A stretch of 64,000 nt of DNA from Planctomycetota bacterium (GTDB taxonomy: Bacteria > Planctomycetota > UBA1135 > JAKEFM01), in the NCBI GenBank assembly GCA_022616055.1, contig JAKEFM010000212.1, forward strand, positions 18,228 through 82,227, in the 5' to 3' direction. The notes below the pieces were generated by a model. That model searched no databases and was not told the DNA's origin. It saw only the letters and a program-made list of their open reading frames with translations. The stretch's first letter is position 1. Each line of letters opens with the position of its first letter. Positions 1 to 7,849 of the stretch are shown one piece after another. A program made the position numbers and the translations under genes.

Positions 1-1073
1 GGCTCGCGATCGCCCTCCTCATGGGGGGGGCCTACCTGATCAGCACGCAGGGGCTCGGCGACCTGATGATGGCCCCCGCGGTCTTCGCCTTCGGACTCGT
101 CGCGTTCGGTTTCCTCGGGATGGGCCCCGTCACGATCGCCGTCGACTCCTACGGCCCGGTCACCGACAACGCCCAGTCGGTCTACGAGCTCTCCCTCATC
201 GAGGAGGTGCCGGGCGTGAAGGAGGAGGTCCGGCGCGCGACCGGACGGGAGGTCGACTTCAAGAAGGCGAAGGAGCTCCTCGAGGAGAACGACGGGGCGG
301 GGAACACCTTCAAGGCGACCGCGAAGCCCGTCCTCATCGGGACGGCCGTCGTCGGCGCGACGACGATGATCTTCTCGATCGTCATGCTCCTGACGGACGG
401 GCTGAAGCCCGAGCACCTCCACAACCTCTCCCTCCTCCACGCCCCCTTCCTCCTCGGCCTCCTCCTCGGCGGGGCGATGATCTACTGGTTCACGGGGGCC
501 TCGATCCAGGCCGTCGCGACGGGGGCCTATCGCGCCGTCGAGTTCATCAAGAAGAACATCCGCCTCGAGGGGGCGGCGAAGGCCTCGATCGCCGACAGCA
601 AGCGGGTCGTCGGGATCTGCACCCAGTACGCGCAGAAGGGGATGTTCAACATCTTCCTCGCCGTCTTCTTCTCGACGCTCGCCTTCGCCTGCCTCGAGCC
701 CTACTTCTTCATCGGCTACCTGATCTCGATCGCGCTCTTCGGGCTCTTCCAGGCGGTCTTCATGGCGAACGCGGGCGGGGCCTGGGACAACGCGAAGAAG
801 GTGGTCGAGGTCGACCTGAAGGAGAAGGGGAGCGCCCTCCACGCGGCCGCCGTCGTCGGGGACACGGTGGGGGACCCCTTCAAGGACACCTCGTCCGTGG
901 CGATGAACCCGATCATCAAGTTCACGACCCTCTTCGGGCTCCTCGCCGTCGAGCTCGCCGTGGAACTCCCGCCCGCCACGAGCCGCCTGCTCGCGGTGGC
1001 CTTCTTCCTCGTCGGCGCGTTCTTCGTCCGCCGCTCCTTCTACGGGATGCGGATCCCGGTCGCGCAGGCCTGA
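1..1073 (+). CDS. hppA: Membrane-bound ion-translocating pyrophosphatase, C-terminal part. The 5' end lies outside the window and the codon phase starts at nt 3.
   Basis: The frame is open from the window edge. Motifs DSYGPVTDNAQ, GNTFKA and GDTVGDPFKDTSSVAMNPIIKF plus several TM helices are typical of M-PPases. Stop TGA at 1071-1073. Confidence 0.9.
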   Translation, partial: LAIALLMGGAYLISTQGLGDLMMAPAVFAFGLVAFGFLGMGPVTIAVDSYGPVTDNAQSVYELSLIEEVPGVKEEVRRATGREVDFKKAKELLEENDGAGNTFKATAKPVLIGTAVVGATTMIFSIVMLLTDGLKPEHLHNLSLLHAPFLLGLLLGGAMIYWFTGASIQAVATGAYRAVEFIKKNIRLEGAAKASIADSKRVVGICTQYAQKGMFNIFLAVFFSTLAFACLEPYFFIGYLISIALFGLFQAVFMANAGGAWDNAKKVVEVDLKEKGSALHAAAVVGDTVGDPFKDTSSVAMNPIIKFTTLFGLLAVELAVELPPATSRLLAVAFFLVGAFFVRRSFYGMRIPVAQA

Positions 1074-1081
1074 AACGACGC

Positions 1082-1103
1082 CGCCCCGGCGAGGGCCGGG
1101 GCG
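1082..1103. terminator. GC-rich hairpin in the convergent gap between hppA and the STAS gene (candidate bidirectional terminator)
   Basis: Perfect 8-bp stem cgccccgg/ccggggcg with a 6-nt loop in a 56-bp convergent gap. There is no clear U-tract. Confidence 0.35.
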
Positions 1104-1129
1104 GGGGTCTCCGCTCGGACGGGCGGGGG

Positions 1130-1939
1130 CTACTTCTTCCCCGTCGCCTGCTTGAGCTCCGTCTTCAGGTACCGCATGTCCTTGATGAACTGGTCGATCG
1201 CCTTGCCGTCCTCCGGGGTGACCCCGTCCAGGCGGACGCGGACCTTGACGGCCCCGTCGGGCTGCGCCTCGAATCCGAGCGCCGTCGAGTCGATCTCGAG
1301 CGGCCCCCGCTTCTTGTAGAGGGGGAGCCAGAACTTGAGGCGCATCGTCGCCTCCGAGCCGAAGATCTCCGCGGCCTGCACGGAGTCGACCTTCGCCTCG
1401 GCCCCTCCGTAGAGGAAGGCGAGCCCCTTCTCGTCGACGGTGGCGAGGCGGCCGACGCCGACCTCCTTGCCGAGCTTCTTGCGCCGGCCCGCGTCGTCGA
1501 GGGTGAAGAGAACGGTGGCGGCGTCCTTCACCTCGATCGGGCTGCGGGTCTCGACGAGGGGGTCGCGCCGGGGCGCCGGCGCCTCGGGCTCCTTCGCGGC
1601 GGGGGCGGCGACGTGGGCGAGGGCCTGCGCCTCGTCGGCGAACATCCGCAGCGAGTTCGCGAGGCCCACCTTCTCGATGACCCCCTTCACGAACGGGGAA
1701 GGCTGGGCGATCGCGAGCTCGCCCCCCGCCTCGCGCAGCCTCTTGCGCGCCTTGACGAGGGCCCCGAGCGCCGTCGAGTTCAAGAACGGCGTCAGCCGGA
1801 GGTTGAGGGCCACGCGGACGGCTCCGGCCTTCGCCAGGGCCTCGACCGCTTCGTTGAAGGCGGGGCAGTGGAACGTGTCGAACTCCCCCTTGAGGTGGAG
1901 CACGGCGCGATCCCCCTGGACGTTTTGTTCGATGTTCAT
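1130..1939 (-). CDS. STAS-domain protein (anti-sigma-factor-antagonist-like) with a ~150-aa uncharacterised C-terminal domain
   Basis: Start is placed at MNIEQNVQGDRAVLHLKGEFD (ATG 1937-1939). The N-terminal ~110 aa have a SpoIIAA/STAS-like pattern (LxLxGxxD ... LNSTALGALV). The upstream part of track ORF 1130..2758 is R/P/G-rich junk. Confidence 0.8.
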   Translation of the reverse strand: MNIEQNVQGDRAVLHLKGEFDTFHCPAFNEAVEALAKAGAVRVALNLRLTPFLNSTALGALVKARKRLREAGGELAIAQPSPFVKGVIEKVGLANSLRMFADEAQALAHVAAPAAKEPEAPAPRRDPLVETRSPIEVKDAATVLFTLDDAGRRKKLGKEVGVGRLATVDEKGLAFLYGGAEAKVDSVQAAEIFGSEATMRLKFWLPLYKKRGPLEIDSTALGFEAQPDGAVKVRVRLDGVTPEDGKAIDQFIKDMRYLKTELKQATGKK

Positions 1940-2007
1940 GTCGGAGGCCGGCGGCGGGCGAGTAGAGCGAGTGTAGGTGGACCCCTCCGGGGGGGCAAGG
2001 CGGGCCG

Positions 2008-3033
2008 TCAGCCCCTTCGAGCGGCCTTGATCCGGGCCGCGAACTCCTGCAACCCCTTCTCGACGGTCGCGACCTGCTCCGGCGTGAGGCGGCTCCCGCC
2101 CCCCTTCAACATCGAGAGGAAGTGGTCGATCTCCTCCGATTCCACGGGGCAGCCCACATTCCCCTTCGGTCCGTCCGAAGTCGCGGCGACCGCCCCTTTC
2201 GAGTCGAGGAAGGCGAACCAGGGGATCCCTCCCCCCTCTCCGGGGCGGAACCGCGCCTGGACCTCCTTGCCGTGGACCATCCGATCGATGTCGATCCTCG
2301 CCCGGACGAGATCGAGGCCGAGGACCCCGTCGATCTCCTTTCGCCCGAGGAACTCCTCGAGCCGGTGGCACCAGCCTCACCAGGGCGCGCCGAACCGGAG
2401 GAAGACCCTCTTCCCTTCCTTCCCGGCCCGGGCGACCGCCTCCGCGAGCACCTTCTCGGCGTCGAGGGGCGGGGCCGCCCACTTCTCGAGGAAGGTCTTC
2501 ACTTTCGCCGGGTCGTGCGCGGAACCCGCCTCCAGGGAGGAGGTCTCCTGGTTCGCGAGGGGCTTCCCCTCGGCGTCGAGGACCGTGAGGAAGGGGATGC
2601 CGTTCTGCCGGACGGGGGCGCCGAGGTCGGCCGCGAGGGCCTCGTTCTTGTCGAACCGTCCGACGTCGACCAGGACCTTCTCGTACTCGTAGAGGAGAAC
2701 GCGGGCGATCTCCGGGTTCTTCTTGAAGAGGTCGTCGAGCTTCCGGCACCACCCGCACCAGTTCGCCCCGAAGACGAGGAGCACTCGCTTGTTCTCCTCC
2801 TTCGCGCGGGCGAGGGCCGCCTCGATCTGCTTCTTCGCGTCGGCGGACTCGTCGTAGATCGGGGCGGGCTTCTTCTCCTCGGTGGACGGCGTCCCCTCCT
2901 GGGATCGCGCCGGAACCGCGATCAGGGCGGCGAGGAGGAGGAGGATCCCCGGCGCAGGCCTCGTCACGGAATCCGGCTCGCGTCGGGGCCCGTAGGGAGA
3001 TCGTTCGACCTTCCGAAGCAGGAGCTGCGCCAT
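2008..3033 (-). CDS. Secreted tandem thioredoxin-fold protein, predicted selenoprotein (in-frame UGA at 2377-2379 read as Sec)
   Basis: Track ORFs 2377..3033 and 2008..2280 are in the same frame, separated only by TGA. Domain 1 has VFGANWCGWC and domain 2 reads RFGAPW-TGA-GWCHRLEEF, so the TGA sits at the first Cys of a CxxC motif. An N-terminal hydrophobic signal is present (GILLLLAALIAVPA). The start may be GTG 2967 instead of 3033. Confidence 0.7.
2343..2362 (-). other. Candidate bacterial SECIS hairpin downstream of the in-frame UGA
   Basis: The mRNA GCUCGAGG-AGUU-CCUCGGGC forms an 8-bp stem (one G-U pair) with an apical loop containing GU. The loop starts 25 nt after the U of UGA, within the spacing I recall for bacterial SECIS models. 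Confidence 0.5.
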
Positions 3034-3098
3034 GGAGGACCTTGCCTTTCCGGCTCGGGTCGAGGGGAGCGGAGCGTGGGACAGCGGTCGAGAGGCAT

Positions 3099-3899
3099 CT
3101 AGCGCAGGGCCTGGATCCTCATCCGGCTGAACTTCACCTTCGTACCCTTGTCGACGACGATGCCGACCGAGCCCTTGCGGGAGGCCGTCCAGGGCATCTC
3201 CGTCTCGAAGGGCGGCCGGTCCCCTACCTTCAGGACGAACCGGTTCCCGATGCAGGAGATCTCACAGCCGGAGGGCGTCCCCGGCGTGAGTTGGCCCGGG
3301 GCGACGGCGAGGGAGACGCTCATGGCCCGCCGATCCGCATGCGGCCCGAGCCGGACGAAGAGCTCGACCTTGCCCGACTCGAAGGTGACCTCGAAGTCGA
3401 GGACGAAATCGCGCCATTTCTCCCGATCCCCGGTCGAGAGGATCCCCTTCTTCCCCGTCCCCTCGGCGGGCCCCACGATCCGGAGGGTCCCCCTCTCGAT
3501 TCGCCACGAGAAACCCTCGACCGAGTTGGCGATCCAGTCCCTCACCCTGTCGGGCGTGAGGAGATCGATCCACGGGACGGTCGCGATCGTCTCCGGGGTG
3601 AACACCGCCGCGCACAGCGCGTTGCTCTCGTCCAGGATGCCCCGGTACTGGCGCTCGAAGAACTCCTGGTCTTCCTTGACCCGCGAGACGAAGGAGCGCT
3701 CGAAGAGCCGGTAGACCTCCTCCTCCGCCTGCTTGTAGCGGTCGAGCGCCTCCCTCCCCTTGTCGGGGTTCGCGGCCAGGGCCTTCGCCTCCGCGTGCAG
3801 CCGACTAGCCTGGTCGCGATCGGGCTCGTTCGGCGCCTGGACGGCGGCGCCGCCGACGATCAGCAGAGGGACGCTCAGGGGAAGGACGGCAGCCCGCAT
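3099..3899 (-). CDS. Secreted DUF1080-like (3-keto-disaccharide hydrolase / LamG-fold) protein
   Basis: Start is placed at MRAAVLPLSVPLLIVGGAAVQA (signal peptide, ATG 3897-3899). The C-terminal W..G.L...G...L.T...Y.DF.L..E pattern (FSWRIERGTLRIVGP ... WRDFVLDFEV) resembles DUF1080. Confidence 0.75.
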   Translation of the reverse strand: MRAAVLPLSVPLLIVGGAAVQAPNEPDRDQASRLHAEAKALAANPDKGREALDRYKQAEEEVYRLFERSFVSRVKEDQEFFERQYRGILDESNALCAAVFTPETIATVPWIDLLTPDRVRDWIANSVEGFSWRIERGTLRIVGPAEGTGKKGILSTGDREKWRDFVLDFEVTFESGKVELFVRLGPHADRRAMSVSLAVAPGQLTPGTPSGCEISCIGNRFVLKVGDRPPFETEMPWTASRKGSVGIVVDKGTKVKFSRMRIQALR

Positions 3900-4017
3900 C
3901 GGCGAGGCTCCTTCGGGGGGAAAGGCAGGGTCGAGCACACTCTTGGACCCGCGCTGCGTCAAGGGCGAGACCAGAATGGACGCGACGCCGCGCATTCTCG
4001 CGGCGCCATGCCTCCTC

Positions 4018-5538
4018 TCAAGACCCTGCGCGAGCGAGCGAGCGGCGGATCTCGTCCTTCCGGATCTTCCCGGTGCCCGTCTTGGGCAGCTCGGGGAGGA
4101 AGACGAACCGCTTCGGGATCTTGAAGGAGGCGATGTGCTCCTTGAGATACGCGGCGAGCGCCTCGGGCTCGACCTGCTCGCCCGGGCGCAACACGACGGC
4201 CGCCGTCACCGCCTCTCCCCACTCCTCGTCCGGGAGGCCGACGACGGCGCACTCGAACACGGAGGCGTGGGTCGAGAGCGCGGCCTCGACCTCGACGGAG
4301 TAGACCTTCTCGCCGCCGGTGAGGATCACGTCCTTCTTCCGGTCGACGATGTTGACGGAGCCCTCCGCGTCCCAGGTCGCGAGGTCGCCGGTCTTGAACC
4401 AGCCGTCCTCGAACGCGGCGGCGGTCTCCTCGGGACGGTTCCAGTAGCCGGGCGTCACCCAGGGCGCCCGGACCCGGATCTCGCCGACGGAGCGGTCGTC
4501 GCGCGGGACGTCGCGGCCCGAATCGTCGACCACCCGCAGGCGGACGCCGATCGCGGGCCTTCCCGTCCGGGAGATCCAGCGTCGCTGCTCGGCGGCCGGC
4601 CGATCGCGGAGCGTCCGCTTGAGGGCGGAGAAGGTGAGGTAGGGGCTCGTCTCGGTGAGGCCGTAGGTCTGGACGTAGGTCGTGCCAAAGGTCTCGACGA
4701 CCCGCTCGAGGAGCGCGGGGGAGATCGGCGCGCCGCCCGAGAGGATCGCCCGGAGCGCGGGGAAGGGGGCCGCCCGTGCGGTGGGCTCGGCGACGAGGCG
4801 CGCGAGCATCGTCGGGACGAGGTTCGTGATCGTGACCCCTCGGGAGCGGAGCCCCTCGAGGACGGGACGGGGCTCGAAGTCGGGGAACATCGCGTGCCTC
4901 CCCCCGACCCAGGTGACGGCGAAGACGGCCCAGGCGTCGGCGAGGTGGAACATCGGCGCGACGTGGGCCCAGACATCGCCGTCCGCGAGGCCGAGCTCCG
5001 CGATCGCCATCAGGGAGTGGGAGGCGATGTTTCGCTGGAGGAGCATCGCCCCGCGAGGGCGCCCGGTCGTCCCGCTCGTGTAGTAGATCTGCGCGAGGTC
5101 GTCGGGCGTGCGCAGGGCGGGGGCGCTCCCGCCGACCGCGGCGTGGAGGGCGCCGACCTCCGCGACCCGCACTCCGCCCCCCGCCTTGGCGGAGGCTTCT
5201 TCCGCCAGCGGACGGAAGCGCGCCTCCGTCAGGAGAAGGCGGGCTCCGGCATCGCCGAGCTGCTCGCCGAGGGTCGCCGCGTCGAGCCGGACGTTGAGGG
5301 GGACGAGGACCTCGCCGCCGAGGAGCGTGCCGAACGCGGCCTGGAGGAAGCGGTGGCAGTTGCGGTGGAGGATCGCGACGCGGTCGCCGGGGAGGAGCCC
5401 GGCCGCACCGAGGCCGCCCGCGAGCGCGAGCGCCTCGCGCTCGAGGTCCGCGTACGTCCAGGCGTGGTCGCCGCAGAAGACCGAGGGCTCCCGGCCGTAG
5501 AGGAGGACCGCCCGCTCGAGGATCGAGGAGAGTTCCAT
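4018..5538 (-). CDS. AMP-dependent acyl-CoA synthetase/ligase (fatty-acid--CoA ligase family)
   Basis: Start at MELSSILERA (ATG 5536-5538). AMP-binding motifs YTSGTTGRPRGA, QTYGLTET, GWFKTGDLA and GKIRKDEIR are present. The longer track ORF 4018..5925 has a junk N-terminus. Confidence 0.92.
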   Translation of the reverse strand: MELSSILERAVLLYGREPSVFCGDHAWTYADLEREALALAGGLGAAGLLPGDRVAILHRNCHRFLQAAFGTLLGGEVLVPLNVRLDAATLGEQLGDAGARLLLTEARFRPLAEEASAKAGGGVRVAEVGALHAAVGGSAPALRTPDDLAQIYYTSGTTGRPRGAMLLQRNIASHSLMAIAELGLADGDVWAHVAPMFHLADAWAVFAVTWVGGRHAMFPDFEPRPVLEGLRSRGVTITNLVPTMLARLVAEPTARAAPFPALRAILSGGAPISPALLERVVETFGTTYVQTYGLTETSPYLTFSALKRTLRDRPAAEQRRWISRTGRPAIGVRLRVVDDSGRDVPRDDRSVGEIRVRAPWVTPGYWNRPEETAAAFEDGWFKTGDLATWDAEGSVNIVDRKKDVILTGGEKVYSVEVEAALSTHASVFECAVVGLPDEEWGEAVTAAVVLRPGEQVEPEALAAYLKEHIASFKIPKRFVFLPELPKTGTGKIRKDEIRRSLARAGS

Positions 5539-5573
5539 GTCCGCGGCGCGCGGCGGAGGGGGGGCGGGCCGGC

Positions 5574-6692
5574 CTAGGACGCCGCGAGCGCGCAGAGGAG
5601 GGCCGCGCCCATCGGCAGGACCTCCTCGTCGACGTCGAACGCGGGGTGGTGGTTGGGCGCGACGATCCCCCGGCGCTCGTTGCGGACGCCGAGGAACGCG
5701 TAGGCGGAGGGGACCTTCTGGGCGAAGTAGGCGAAGTCCTCGGCGCCGAGGACCCGGCGGCCCTCGCGCAGGACCGAGGCCGGGCCGAGGACCGAGGCGG
5801 CGACCTCCCGGGTGCGGGCCGCCTCCTCGGGGTCGTTCACGGTCACCGGATAGCCCCGACGGTAGTCGACCTCGGCTCGGCATCCGTGCGCGGAGGCCGC
5901 GGAGGCGGCCGCCTCGCGGATCCACTCCTCGAGCCGGTCGCGCAGCCCCGCCTCGAGGGCGCGGGCCGTCCCGCGGAGCTCGACCGACTCGGGGATGACG
6001 TTGAAGGCCGTCCCCCCCTGGACGGAGCAGACTGAGATCGCCGCCGGCGTGAACGGATCGACCCGGCGCGAGACGATCGCGTGGAGGGCGAGGATCGCGG
6101 CGGCCGCGGCCGGCAGCGGATCGGCGGCGAGGTGCGGGGCCGCCGGGTGTCCGCCGTGCCCCGCCACCCGGACGGAGAACTCGTCGGCCGAGGCCATCGT
6201 CGCCCCGTCGGCGACGCTCACGGTCCCCGCGTCGAGGTCGCCGATCACGTGGAGGGCGTAGGCGGCGGAGACCCCCTCGAGGGCCCCGGCCCGGACGAAG
6301 TCGACCGCGCCTCCCGGGCAGGACTCCTCGGCGTGCTGGAACACGAACCGGACGGAGGAGCGGAGGAGGTCGCGCCGGCCGGCGAGGAGGGAGGCGGCGC
6401 CGAGGAGCATCGCCGTGTGGGCGTCGTGGCCGCAGGCGTGGGCCAGCCCCGGGGACTCGCTCCGGAGGCCCGGACGGCAGGCGTCGGGCATCCGCAGCGC
6501 GTCGAGGTCCGCGCGCAGGAGGACCCGGCGAGCGGCCCGGGGGACCTCGAGGTCCGCGACGAGACCGGTCGCGCCGACCGGGCGCGGGGAGAGACCGACC
6601 GCCTGCAGCCTCTCCCGGACGAGGGCCGAGGTCCTGCGCTCCTCGAACGAGGGCTCGGGATGGCGGTGGAGGTCGGCGCGGACCTCCGCCAT
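5574..6692 (-). CDS. M20D-family amidohydrolase (N-acyl-L-amino-acid amidohydrolase / hippurate hydrolase-like)
   Basis: Motifs LHRHPEPSFEE, HACGHDAHTAML, FQHAEE and HHPAFDVDE. The start may lie slightly upstream at a non-ATG codon. Confidence 0.88.
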   Translation of the reverse strand: MAEVRADLHRHPEPSFEERRTSALVRERLQAVGLSPRPVGATGLVADLEVPRAARRVLLRADLDALRMPDACRPGLRSESPGLAHACGHDAHTAMLLGAASLLAGRRDLLRSSVRFVFQHAEESCPGGAVDFVRAGALEGVSAAYALHVIGDLDAGTVSVADGATMASADEFSVRVAGHGGHPAAPHLAADPLPAAAAAILALHAIVSRRVDPFTPAAISVCSVQGGTAFNVIPESVELRGTARALEAGLRDRLEEWIREAAASAASAHGCRAEVDYRRGYPVTVNDPEEAARTREVAASVLGPASVLREGRRVLGAEDFAYFAQKVPSAYAFLGVRNERRGIVAPNHHPAFDVDEEVLPMGAALLCALAAS

Positions 6693-6727
6693 GTCGGCGG
6701 CCAGGGACCGGGCGGCGTCGAGCCAGT

Positions 6728-7480
6728 TCAGGGGGCGGCCCCCTCCTTCTTCCCCGCGGCCTCGAGCGCCTCGATCTCCATCTTGATCCGCGCGATCTCC
6801 GCCTCGCTCACCATCAGGTCGATCTTCCGCTCGAGGGAGGCGGTCTCCGCCGCCCGGCGGGCGCGGTCGAGGTCCTGCGCCTTCGCCTCGACCTCGGCGG
6901 AGAGCTTCGCCCGCTCGAGGGGGAGGGTGTTCTGCTCGAGCCGCTGGACCTCCTGCTCCTGGAGCGCGAGGCGCTGCGTCGCCCGCTCGACCCGGCGCTT
7001 GCCGCGGCGGATGACGACCTCCTTCGTCATGTCGGCGAGGTCCTGCCCCTTGTACATCATCTCGAGCTGCTCGAGCTCCTCCTTCGCCTCGTCGAGCATG
7101 TCGCGCGCCTGCTGCATGTCGAGGCGGGCGCGCGCGCGACGCTGCGGGTCCTCCTTCTCCTCGAAGTCCCGCAGCCGCCCCAGGGCGAGGTCGTGCTCCT
7201 TCTTCGCCTTGTCGAGGGACACCTGATTCGCGGACTCCTGGTCCCCCTGCTCCTTCCTCGCCTTGGCGAGCTTCGCCTCCGCGATGGGGCGCTCGCGCTC
7301 GAGCCCGGCCCGCTTGAGGGCCTTCTGTCGCGCCTCCTCCTCCTTCTCCTTCGAGGGGGCGGCCGGGGCGGCGGCTCCCGGAGCCGATGCGGCCGATTGG
7401 GTCTGCGCGCTGCCGCAGCCGCCGGCGAGCAGGGCGGCAGCGAGGGCGCCCCCGAGGACGGGGGCGGAGAGACGGGTCAT
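6728..7480 (-). CDS. Coiled-coil lipoprotein of unknown function
   Basis: MTRLSAPVLGGALAAALLAGGC carries a lipobox. SD GGAGG lies 7 nt upstream of ATG 7478-7480. The rest is a K/E/R/Q/L-rich heptad-like sequence. Confidence 0.7.
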   Translation of the reverse strand: MTRLSAPVLGGALAAALLAGGCGSAQTQSAASAPGAAAPAAPSKEKEEEARQKALKRAGLERERPIAEAKLAKARKEQGDQESANQVSLDKAKKEHDLALGRLRDFEEKEDPQRRARARLDMQQARDMLDEAKEELEQLEMMYKGQDLADMTKEVVIRRGKRRVERATQRLALQEQEVQRLEQNTLPLERAKLSAEVEAKAQDLDRARRAAETASLERKIDLMVSEAEIARIKMEIEALEAAGKKEGAAP

Positions 7481-7684
7481 CGCGAATCCTCCCGGGGAAA
7501 AGGGCGAAGGCCGCGGCATCGTAGCCGCCCGGGAGAGAAGGGGGAGGCCGGACCCGGTCGCTCGAAGGAGGTGGGAGGGTCGCGAGGAGGGTCGCGGAGG
7601 GGCCCGGCCTCCCGTCAGATTGTCAAAACGTCTCGAGTGGGCCGACGCGGCCCCCGATCCGACAACGCCCGGGGAGAGAGAGCT

Positions 7685-7701
7685 TGCTGCGCACGCACCA
7701 G
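7685..7701 (-). promoter_or_regulatory. Second, weaker sigma-54-like box
   Basis: The minus strand reads CTGGTGCGTGCGCAGCA. GG and GC have the correct spacing, but the flanking bases diverge from TGGCAC-N5-TTGCW. Confidence 0.15.
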
Positions 7702-7736
7702 GTGGATCGGAGACCGCGCCGCGCGGGGGGGACCAC

Positions 7737-7752
7737 AACAATCTGCGTGCCA
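7737..7752 (-). promoter_or_regulatory. Candidate sigma-54 (-24/-12) promoter reading toward the 7480 lipoprotein operon
   Basis: The minus strand reads TGGCACGCAGATTGTT. The -24 element TGGCACG is perfect, but -12 is TTGT rather than TTGC. It lies ~100 bp downstream of the NtrC-family regulator gene. Confidence 0.3.
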
Positions 7753-7849
7753 GTTGTGCGGCGGCCCGGGAGGAGTCGTACGAGCGCTTCCCGGCTCGAT
7801 GCGCGGACTCGGCGGGGGGGGCGGGGCCGCGGCGGCCGCGGAGATTGCC

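Noticed and set aside
1940-2758. N-terminal extensions of several track ORFs (1130..2758, 4018..5925, 12601..14949, 13911..17366, 17775..19556, 39395..42808, 42511..44832, 25826..27016, 51372..53966)
   Set aside because: The extensions run through neighbouring genes and are low-complexity. Internal starts with SD sequences, signal peptides or stop-start overlaps give products matching family N-termini.
7621-7626. Perfect TTGACA (-35 consensus) on the minus strand upstream of the lipoprotein operon
   Set aside because: The sequence 17 nt downstream is GCCCCT, so there is no plausible -10. It is an isolated hexamer match.
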